Below are positions 1 through 9,430 of a DNA stretch of 64,000 nt, one piece after another. This DNA comes from Paraspadella gotoi (lineage: Eukaryota > Animalia > Chaetognatha): positions 3,031,812 through 3,095,811 of the forward strand of contig CM119266.1 of assembly GCA_051294375.1 (NCBI GenBank), given 5' to 3'. Position 1 is the first letter of the stretch. Each line of letters begins with the position of its first letter. The notes under the pieces are model-generated. The model was given only the letters and a program-made list of their open reading frames with translations. It had not been told where the DNA came from and searched no databases. The position numbers were made by a program, and so were the translations under genes.

Positions 1-121
1 ACAATTCCGACAAATGAAAAAAAATATAATCTCAATCTTATAACAACAACAACTACGAGTACGACGACGACGACGAACAAGAAACAACATCATTAAGGAT
101 GACTAAAGAAAATATCGCTTC

Positions 122-196
<75 letters not shown>

Positions 197-684
197 CTTT
201 TCTCTCTCATCTTCGATCGCCTCTCACAATATTCGAGTCATATACTTCAGCTCTCCCGAACGCAGCCGTAGACCGGAGCGGCTGCCGACCGACTCACTTC
301 CGCTCGGATCGGTAAGATTTTTTCTTTCTCTTTTCTCTCTTTCTTTCGATATAATGAAATGACCCTATATTTATTTTATTTTATTTTAATTTTAAAAAAG
401 GCCTTATCTCTTAAAAAGAGACTCCCGGATCGACCCATGATCTCGAAGGCAGAGAGAAGAGACTCGGCAGTGACGAGAGTAAGAGAGAGAGAAGAGAAAG
501 TGAGCTTCTGCTGCTCCGATCGGATCGACTCTGCCGCCGCGCGGATCCGGGAGATAAGAAGGAGGAAGAGGAAGAGGAGTAAGAAGAGCCGAGCGAAGTA
601 AGTCGAAGGCAGAAAGCAGCCGCTCGGCAGCTCCGCGGCTTCTTCCGGACGCTGCGCTCGTACGCGGCTGCTGAGTATACCCAT

Positions 685-1289
685 TAGGGTGGAGTGATGA
701 AAAGATTGAGTGATTGAACATTATTATTTTGCTGCCTATGGACATGTAATTAAAAAATTTAAAATCTTTTTAAAAATTGTTTTAGCATAACAGTATAGTA
801 AATTCAATTATTTATGTAGTAATATTCTTATAAAATTGTTAAATTTTAAAATATTTTTATTTTATTTTTAAGAACAGATTTGGTTCCCTTTTATAAAATA
901 TGTTGTATGATATTTCAATGTTTGGATCACAAAAAATGACTAAAACGTTTTAACATATATAAGTTTTTATTACAGAGAATAAAAAGGTCATAAATTTTTA
1001 CTTTTTTTCCCGTTTTAAACACTGAAGATGACAGCATTTTCGATAACATATTTTATATTTTTGATTCAACTTTTTATGAAGAATCTGAATCTTTATTAAA
1101 AGTTTTAAATAAATTAATTTTAAAATTTATTATTTTATAAGGATATTACTATAAATATATTATATTTTACTATTCTGTTCCCGAGACAATATAAACAAAA
1201 TATTTTTGTATCAGATAATCATACTATCTTACATCTAAATATCCTTGTTCGATCATTCAAATATTTTTTTTCTTGAATGCTCCACTCTA
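685..1289. mobile_element. Non-autonomous hAT-type DNA transposon (MITE), 605 bp
   Basis: Termini TAGGGTGGAG / CTCCACTCTA with further imperfect inverted similarity (~35-45 bp). Perfect 8-bp TSD ATACCCAT at 677-684 and 1290-1297. AT-rich non-coding interior. An 8-bp TSD with TAG termini is characteristic of the hAT superfamily. Confidence 0.85.
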
Positions 1290-1440
1290 ATACCCATGGA
1301 ATATTCCAAAGTCGCTAGACTATTACCGCCCGAGAGAGAATTTTTCCTTTCATTTTTTCCCCATTACAGGTTTTCAAAGGATTTAATGAGAAAAAATGGA
1401 GAAAAAAAGGAATAAAAGGGATAAACATAAACAGCGTGTT

Positions 1441-1487
<47 letters not shown>

Positions 1488-1791
1488 AATGTCCACATTC
1501 AGCCGCCGATCAAAATTTGAATTGTAAATTTTTCTTACTTTTTAATTTTTATCCTTTTTTTCTTTTTCTCCATCCATCCAACATTTTTTTCCCTTTTTCT
1601 TTCTCAATTCCCAAAGGGACGCTTGAAACGAAGTGGCGCAACGGTGACGTCACGCCACGGAGGGCGATTTTGCGTTACGCCAAACCGAAGCCCAATTACG
1701 TCAAATAGCGTCAATTTGTAGGCGAACTTACGCGACGTTTGTTCTCAATTCTAACCATACGCGACTTTCTGGATCGACAACAGTATTTTCG

Positions 1792-1886
<95 letters not shown>

Positions 1887-2504
1887 ATGCTCTATTTAAA
1901 CTTAGTCTTTCTCACAATCACCAATCTCGGATTCTCTCACTCGTTCGTTCATGAATTCCCGGTGATTCACGAAAAACGTGAACGGTTCACTCGAGATCGA
2001 GAAATTGGAACCCGCGCCACGTTTATTCGTCGACCACGCCCACTTAGCGTCACGCCGCGGCGCCACGCCTTTCCACAAATGACGTCGCCCAAATGGAAAC
2101 GCCGCTACCTCTCCGTCTCCCACGCCAGGGCGCCACTGCCGTTCAGTCTCTTCATGCCACATCGAGGTTCGGCGTTCAGCGCTCAACGACTCTCTCTCTC
2201 TACATCTGTAATGCCAAGACCATTGAGGAGTAAGTATTTTAAGGAAATTTCTCCTTTTTTTCCCCATTTTGCCCCAACTACTACATTCACTACGCTCTAA
2301 TAAGCAATCCTCCCTTAAAGGTTTTGTTAACCCCTCATACGGTATCACCCATAAAAATTGCGCAAAAACGTAAAAATAATTAATTTCCCAACCCTCTATT
2401 TCTCATCCTCCCCTCCACGCAATCCCCCGCCATCTTAAACCACCCCCTACCATCCTCCATCCACCACTACCATCTTCTACCATCCCCCACCCTCCCTCAC
2501 CCAC

Positions 2505-2630
2505 CTATGATGGTGTTCCTCCTCCTGCAGATGATCCTCGCTTTCAGCGGAAGTCGAATCGCGATGAGTCTTTCTACCGTCACGGCCACGACGATCCAAT
2601 TGGTGGCCAACTCCAGCACGTTGAGCAGGG
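2505..2630 (-). CDS. Class A GPCR, exon 4 (ALLNVLELATNWIVVAVTVERLIAIRLPLKARIICRRRNTII; TM3-ICL2); gene probably continues left of the window
   Basis: Long (CT)n polypyrimidine tract plus TACAG acceptor. GT donor at 2504 (alternative GTGAG at 2500). 126 nt. W..V..T.ER..AI..PL is the DRY-region signature of FMRFamide/sex-peptide-receptor/GPR139-142-like invertebrate GPCRs. Confidence 0.93.
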
Positions 2631-2658
2631 CTGTAGTTGATGGGGAGAAGGGGAGAGG

Positions 2659-2722
<64 letters not shown>

Positions 2723-3207
2723 CGATGTGATTGAGAGCGAGTCAAAGAGATTAAGAGCGAGTCAAAAACGATTGAGAAAGAGAAAGAGACGAGTTAGGGT
2801 CGTGGGGGGGACAGGTGGGGGAGTGATGAGAAAATCTCAATAGACTTGGTTGAAATTTAATGAAAAGATTATGATATGAAAAAGTTAGTTTATAAAGACG
2901 ATGATTAATAATATAACACCGTCGCCTTAAAGGACGTTCAAAATAATAATAATAATAATAATAATGTTCTTCTGTTTCTAGGAATAAGAATCGTTTGCCG
3001 GAATTGATTCATTTTCATAAAATATCATTTCTTCTCTCTCTCTCTCTCTCTTCTTAAATAATCATCTAAATTTGAATGAACATAAAAATGATTTTATGAT
3101 ATTTTAATAAAAAATCGATTTATATAGTTAAACTTTAATCAGGATTCAAGGTCATCCCTTGATTTTTGCCAATTTTATTTCGCCTTCCCTTTCATAAGAC
3201 GAGATTT

Positions 3208-3400
3208 TGCAATCGCTATCGCAATCCAAGTCATAATTGCAATCGCTATTGCAATCCAAGTCATAATTGCAATCGCTATCGCAATCCAAGTCATAATCGT
3301 AATCGCTATCATAATCCAAGTCATAATTGCAATCGCTATCACAATACAAGTCATAATTGCAATCGCTATCGCAATCCAAGTCATAATCGTAATCGCTATC
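3208..3400. repeat. 30-bp minisatellite (TGCAATCGCTATCGCAATCCAAGTCATAAT), ~6 copies, degenerate to ~3555
   Basis: Direct reading. Explains the NRYRNPSHNC / DCDSDCNYDL ORFs. Confidence 0.9.
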
Positions 3401-4045
3401 GACGTCGTAATTGTAAATGCAGTCTTAGTCGCGATCCCAGTCATAATTGTAATCACAATCAAAACCATGAGATTTTGCTCTGCAATTGCAGTCGCGATCC
3501 CAGTCATAATTGTATGTAATCGCAATCGAAATCGCAATCGTAATCGCAATCGCACTTGCAGGCGCAAACGTCAATGTCCCCAGCCGCCAGCGTCTCTGGC
3601 CGACATCGTCCGAAGGTCAATCGTTCCAAATTCGAAATCGTGAATTCATGAATTTTTGACGCGTGAATAATTTTGGGGACGAAATTCGAACGAGAAAATC
3701 GACTTTTCTGTCATCTTTTCTCAAATCGTTTTGGTCGTCCTCGCCTCGTTCGGTCTTTGCAGTCCACGTTCCCCAATCCTTTATTCACAATTTATTTATT
3801 TATTTTCTCAATTTTCAATCCCCCAATTCCGAATTTCTCGCAGCCGAATCCCATTCCTCCAACGCCAATTTCGAATTCCTCGAATTTTCAATTCAAACTT
3901 TCCTCAATTTCTTTTCCAAATCCTCAATTCCAAATCATCATTTTGTTACATGAATTTTCAATTCAAACTTTCCTCAATTTCATTTCCAAATCCTCAATTC
4001 TAAATCATCATTTATGGTGGACTAAAATCCACCAACCGTTCATCA

Positions 4046-4119
4046 GCGGCCATTTTGGTGCGGAGGCAAGTCATTCGCCTCCCAACCCAAAGGTCCGGGG
4101 TTCTAGCCCGGTGGTCGTC
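4046..4119 (+). ncRNA. tRNA-derived (Gly-CCC-like) cloverleaf / Pol III promoter inside 5' LTR; not a functional tRNA gene
   Basis: 7-bp acceptor stem GCGGCCA/TGGTCGT, T-arm CCGGG-GTTCTAG-CCCGG, B-box GTTCTAGCC, A-box-like TGGTGCGGAGG, loop CTCCCAA, 4-nt variable loop. The anticodon stem is mismatched. Confidence 0.7.
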
Positions 4120-4249
4120 TGGCAGTTAAGAGGGACGGGGCGCTTAACCCGCCTGTAACATGGTGTTACAGCCTGATCCGAAGCTCAGGGACTGCTTATA
4201 TTGAACGGTTTCTGTCACTAACACATAACTATAATTACTGTCTCTTCAT

Positions 4250-4262
4250 TGGTGAGCCCGAC
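4250..4262 (+). promoter_or_regulatory. Primer-binding site, tRNA-Trp type
   Basis: TGGTGAGCCCGAC matches 12/13 nt of TGGTGACCCCGAC, the complement of the eukaryotic tRNA-Trp(CCA) 3' end. It sits 1 nt after the LTR-terminal CA. Confidence 0.8.
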
Positions 4263-4420
4263 TTCCGAACACAACAGCAACAACAACACTTTCAGGCGAC
4301 ATGCCTCAACATGGCGATGCACTTTCCGCCCACAACACATCAGGCGACATGCCTCAACTTGGTGACGAACTTTTCCACCAACAACAATTCACTGAAGAGA
4401 CGCAACAGACTTCTCCCTAC

Positions 4421-4432
4421 GGGAGGGGGGGA
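4421..4432 (+). promoter_or_regulatory. Polypurine tract of TRIM
   Basis: GGGAGGGGGGGA directly abuts the TG start of the 3' LTR. Confidence 0.85.
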
Positions 4433-4467
4433 TGTATGGTGGACTAAAATCCACCAACCGTTCATCA

Positions 4468-4538
4468 GCGGCCATTGGTGCCGGAGGCAAGTCATTCGCC
4501 TCCAACCCAAAGGTCCGGGGTTCTAGCCCGGTTCGTCT
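4468..4538 (+). ncRNA. Second copy of the tRNA-derived segment inside 3' LTR
   Basis: Same A-box (TGGTGCCGGAGG), B-box and T-arm, with small indels relative to the 5' copy. Confidence 0.65.
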
Positions 4539-6099
4539 GGCAGTTAAGAGGGACGGGGCGCTTAACCCGCCTGTAACATGGTGTTACAGCCTGATCCGAA
4601 GCTCAGGGACTGCCTATATTGAACGGTTCTGTCACTAAACATAACTATATTATGTCTTTTCACATTTTGTTACATGAATTTTCAATTCAAACTTTCCTCA
4701 ATTTCATTTCCAAATCCTCAATTCCAAATCATCATTTTGTTACATGAATTTTCAATTCAAACTTTCCTCAATTTCAGTTCAAAAAATCCTCAATTCCAAA
4801 TCATCATTTTGTTACACGAATTTTCAATTCAAACTTTCCTCAATTTTAGTTCAAAAAATCCTCAATTCCAAATCATCATTTTGTTACATGAATTTTCATA
4901 TTCATATTTCTTTTATTGAGAAAAATACTGCCGCTCCCTAATTTTTATTCGTTGACTTCACCTTTATCACGTTTTCCCATTTTTATTTTTAACAAAGAAT
5001 TCATTTAAAGTTTTATATATTTATATTAAAAAATCTAAAATCGTTGTTTGAAAACTTTAAATAAATTCTTGGTTATGGGGATTAGTTTAAAGTTATAGAT
5101 TAGGGTTAAGAATTGGGTTAAGAATTTTGTAAAAGATTTGAGTTACTTAGATATTATTTTTGAAGGTTAAAATTAGGTTAAGGGATTGAAAAAAAAATAA
5201 AGAGCTTTTGAAAAAAAGAGCCAAAAAATTTAAGGGGGCGGAGATTATTTGGAAACCAAAGGACACGCTCAAACATGCAACCACATTTTGCCCATAATAA
5301 ATGCATCGTGACCCAAATAAGGCAAAGAAATTCGCCCCGAAAGCAACAGTTTTTATGTCCCAGTTTTTATGTTTCTCAAGAGGCGCAAAAAGTAAACACG
5401 AATCGGGAGATTTTATCTCGACCATTTTCTCTTTTCTCAAGTTATAAATGGAAGTGAAAGAAAAAAGAAAAAAAAGGAAAAAAGGAAAAAGGAAAAGAAT
5501 GAAAAAGAAAAAGAAAAAGGAAAAACGAAAAGGTTGGAAACCCGCTCGAGATTGTATCCTCGAAAGTGGAAACAAAAACGAGTATTTCAAAGTATTGCGC
5601 CGCGTAGACTCTTGATCATATGTTTCTCTACGAGCCTCACTCCAAACCTCATTTGCATATTGTTTTATTTTAAATAAAATTGTCAACTTAGCACTGGTCA
5701 CTGTCCTGTGCGCCCTCTAACTAATAACCACCTCTTGCAAACTCAACGAATATATTACCGATGTACAACATTGGAGGAATTTAATACCTGATTTGGGTTA
5801 TTACCATTAGTTACTATCATTTTATATCATTTCTATCATTTCACTTATACATCTTAGGCCTCCAGCTCGCTAAGTCGCAAAACAAGCAAACAATGTCGGA
5901 TCTGTCTATGATAATTAAACGTAATAAGCCAATCCGATGATAATTCATGGTAATCTTTTCTGACTTTCAATTTGTGATTTTAACAGATCATAACAAATCG
6001 TAACATAACAAACATAACAGACTTCTTAATAAATCTATAAAAAAAATATATAAATCAATTGATCTATCAATCATTACCAGTAACTGCGCCAATACCAAC

Positions 6100-6425
6100 T
6101 TGCATAATTTAGTTACCTTGCATAATTTAATCAAGTTGCATTATTTGGTCAACTGGCATAATTTGGTCAACTGGCCTAATTTTATTAACTGGCATAATTT
6201 TGTTAACTGGCATAATTTTATCAACTGGCCTAAGTTGGTCAACTGGCATAATTTGGTCAACTGGTATAATTTGGTCAACTGGCATAATTTGGTCTACTGG
6301 CATAATTTGGTCAACTGGCATAATTTGCTCAACTGGTATTATTTTTCTCAATTGGCACAATTTGGTCAACTGGCATAATTTTATCAACTGGCATAATTTG
6401 GTCAACTTGCAGAATTTGGTCAACT
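6100..6425. repeat. 18-bp minisatellite (AACTGGCATAATTTGGTC)
   Basis: About 17 degenerate copies; gives the spurious NWHNLV ORF. Confidence 0.9.
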
Positions 6426-6429
6426 TTCC

Positions 6430-6838
6430 TACCCACACACAAAATTTCATTCAAATTTATTTATCAAATTTTTAATCAATATAATAATTATGAGTAAAAA
6501 TACTTCATTTAAACTCATTTCCACTCTCACGATTCAATGGAAACTTTAAATCCAACTCAATCACACACTTTCCTACCCACACACAAAATATTTCATTTCA
6601 ATCGATCCATCCATCAAATCACGATTAATCAAAATTTATCGCGATATGATTCTTTCTCTTTCGTTACATTTGTAGATTTAAAGGAAAAATCGTTACTGAA
6701 ACATTAAGCAAAATTCATCATAATTTGATGTTCTGACATGATTTAAGTGGGTGCCCGACAAGATTTAGGGGGGGACCGACGGACCGACAAAGTGGATTAT
6801 AGAGTCGGAATCTGCTGATAAGCAGATCTGACTAAAAA
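6430..6838 (-). mobile_element. DINE-1/HINE-like (Helentron-associated) non-autonomous element, copy 1
   Basis: Reverse complement of 33936-34330. T-run end, terminal hairpin and GTCGGTCC repeat. Family assignment is by structural resemblance only. Confidence 0.55.
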
Positions 6839-7295
6839 ACAGAAATTTTCTCTCTTCTGTTTTCTTCTTATTTTTGTTTTTAACTTTTGACGTCAAACGT
6901 CATTTTCTAAATTTGATTCTTCGGTTCCTCGCGACAGAGTTTTGTTGTTGTTGTTGTCGTCGTTGTTGTTGTTGTTGTCGTCAGTGAAGGTAAAGTCTTG
7001 ATGCTTAAATTCAATCTCATTAACAAGAACAGCAAGAACAACGAAAATAACAGCAACAAGGAAAGATCACAACAAAACAAACACAGTAAAAACAACAATA
7101 ACAACAGCAATAATAACTTGAACATAATACAAACATTAACAACAGCAATGACAAAAAATGCACCAAAAACAAAATAAAAAAAACTCTTGCAACATTATCG
7201 AACAAAACAATAATAATAACAACAAAACAACAACAATGATAACTTCAACAGCCAAAACAACAACATGAGCAACAACAACAACAACGTCACCTTAC

Positions 7296-7442
7296 CCGGC
7301 TGGAATTGGCAGAACCAGGCCGGGGCGTGGAATGGCGCGAGGTTGGAATACATGAAGACGAAGTAGGAGTAATTCCAGAGAAGGAGAGTGTCGAGCGGAA
7401 GGAGGAAGGCCAAGTAGAGGCTCGTGGTCATCGATCGAAGGG
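7296..7442 (-). CDS. Class A GPCR, exon 3 (ALRSMTTSLYLAFLLPLDTLLLWNYSYFVFMYSNLAPFHAPAWFCQFQP; ICL1-TM2-ECL1)
   Basis: CACAG acceptor and GTAAG donor, 147 nt, phase 1-1. Has LR..T..YL..L...D (TM2 Asp2.50) and W-x-C (Cys3.25) motifs. Confidence 0.92.
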
Positions 7443-8549
7443 CTGTGGGGATTGTGGGGGTGTGGGCAGGGTGGGGTGGGGGTTGTGGACGGTTGTGGGG
7501 AAAGAGAAAATTGTAGAAAGAAAAAAGAGAGAGAGAGAGAGAGAGGGAGGAAGAAATATTGGGAGGAGGAGGAGAAAGGAAAAGAAAATTAAATCAAGTT
7601 CCATCAAAATTTAATTTTAAATTATGCAAAACTATTTCGCGAGTGAATTATTTATATCCTCTTTTTCCCTTTTCGTTTCATTTTTTTCTCTCAGGAAATA
7701 AATTTTGAAAGTTTTTTCCCTTGGCTGGCGGGACAGACGGAAACCTAGGAATGTGGGCCACAGAATATGAGAAACGAATAGGACTCGAATGGGGTCCGTA
7801 TGGGACCCAGAGTCCAGACAATGGCGCCAAGAATATGGTGCCAATTTCACATCCGTCAGACGAAGCTCATTCTCTCGTCATAAATCACACGAAACAGGAA
7901 AAAACAAAAAAAAACTTCGGATTTAGCGAAAGATTATTTATATATAACGAAACCGGATTTAGCGAGATGACGGAGTAAAACCGGATTTAACGACGATTTA
8001 GACGAAAGTGGGGATTCTGTCGGACGAAATAAATCTTTTTTTATTTGACGTGAATAGAATCATTATGATTTATTGGGAAGATGAATTTTTGTATTGGATT
8101 TTGAAATTGGGAAGTAAACGCGACGAGATAATGAGACAAATGATGATTCCACTCTTTCTCACTTTTCAGATTCTACTCTCGAATTAAATGACCAAGAAAA
8201 TTCTCGCATAGACGAGTTTTCAGTCTCACAAAAAAGAAAAATTCTAAAATCGCAAACAAGAATCACGAAAAAAAACGAGATAAGAATTGAGGTGAAAACG
8301 TTGCTTAGCAACAGGAAATAACAACAAGGGTCACGGGGCAGGTCGTGGCAGGCTGCCTGGAGGAAAGGAGGAGTAATCAGGCGGATGGAAAATTGGATCT
8401 TTCAGGCGGCTGTATGGCATACAGTAAACTTCGTATGGTAAGTATTATAACTGAGGTCACTTTTACTGATAGATTGGATAATTTTAAGTTAACTTTTAGC
8501 CTTCCTGGTCACTTGAGATAGATGAATAACTTTTAAGCGTCTCTTTCAT

Positions 8550-8830
8550 CGGAGGTCAGTTTCAAAAGGGAGAGTTAATTTGGAGGTCGATTTTAAAATG
8601 GGGGAGTTTGAGTAGAAATAACTTTCTGAAGGGGGAGATTGTTCGAGGGTCACTTTCAAAAGGGGGAGTTTGTTCGGAGGTCACTTTCAAAAGGGAGATT
8701 TAATTTGGAGGTCACTTTTAAAAGGGGGAGTTTGAGTAGAAATCACTTTCTGAAGGGGGAGATTGTTCGAGGGTCACTTTCAAAAGGGGGAGTTTGTTCG
8801 GAGGTCACTTTCAACGGGGGCAGATCGTTT
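8550..8830. repeat. ~31-bp degenerate minisatellite (GGAGGTCACTTTCAAAAGGGGGAGTTTGTTC)
   Basis: Repeated GGTCACTTT...GGGGAG units. Confidence 0.8.
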
Positions 8831-9430
8831 CGGGTTCTCTCGGGAATTCTCTTTTCTCTTTTCTGTTTGTTTTCGTCGAAGGGTCAACGTCGTTTCGGCG
8901 GAGAGAAAGGGAGGGAGGAAGGGGTAAGAGGAAGTGGGGAGGGAGGAGAGAGAAGGTGGGAGAGAAGAGGGGAGGGGAGAGGGGAGAGAGGAAGAGGTAA
9001 GAGGAAGTGGGGAGGGAGGAGAGAGAAGGTGGGAGAGAAGAGGGGAGGGGAGAGGGAGAGAGGAAGAGGTAAGAGGAAGTGGGGAGGGAGGAGAGAGAAG
9101 GTTGATTTGATTTGATTTGATTTATTCTGCTCATAATGTTAATAAACACATTTACAATCACAGGATCGTAAGAGAGCCGTACATGGATATTATGTACATA
9201 CAATCATGTAAAAAATATAAAATAACAATTAAAAATTCANNNNNNNNNNNNNNNNNNNNNNNNNNNNNNNNNNNNNNNNNNNNNNNNNNNNNNNNNNNNN
9301 NNNNNNNNNNNNNNNNNNNNNNNNNNNNNNNNNNNNNNNNNNNNNNNNNNNNNNNNNNNNNNNNNNNNNNNNNNNNNNNNNNNNNNNNNNNNNNNNNNNN
9401 NNNNNNNNNNNNNNNNNNNNNNNNNNNNNN

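Larger units (their letters stand above)
4013..4662 (+). mobile_element. TRIM (non-autonomous miniature LTR retrotransposon) with tRNA-derived LTRs
   Basis: Near-identical direct repeats at 4013-4248 and 4433-4662 (3' LTR TG...CA; 5' LTR has lost 2 nt at its start). PBS 1 nt after the 5' LTR, PPT immediately before the 3' LTR, 184-bp non-coding interior. 4-bp TSD CATT (4009-4012 / 4663-4666) interrupts one unit of a 70-bp minisatellite. Confidence 0.9.
3880..4900. repeat. 70-72-bp minisatellite (TTTTGTTACATGAATTTTCAATTCAAACTTTCCTCAA...AAATCATCA) interrupted by the TRIM
   Basis: Units recur at 4671, 4741 and 4813 and on the left side of the TRIM. Confidence 0.88.

Noticed and set aside
1020-1055. 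CTGAAGATGAC...TCGATAAC as a hammerhead ribozyme core
   Set aside because: No GAAA and no stem I/III pairing; lies in the AT-rich MITE interior.
4046-4119. Functional tRNA-Gly gene
   Set aside because: The anticodon stem is mispaired, the T-loop is non-standard, the two copies disagree at the anticodon loop, and both lie inside LTRs.
7722-7870. Complex sequence upstream of GPCR exon 3 as an extra exon
   Set aside because: Exons 2 and 3 already join in frame with normal ICL1 spacing. There is no TM-like translation, and the small palindromes suggest a repeat fragment.
8406-8437. Plus-strand 32-nt micro-exon (TTTCAG...GTAAGT)
   Set aside because: Splice signals alone are expected by chance in 64 kb; no partner exons were identified.
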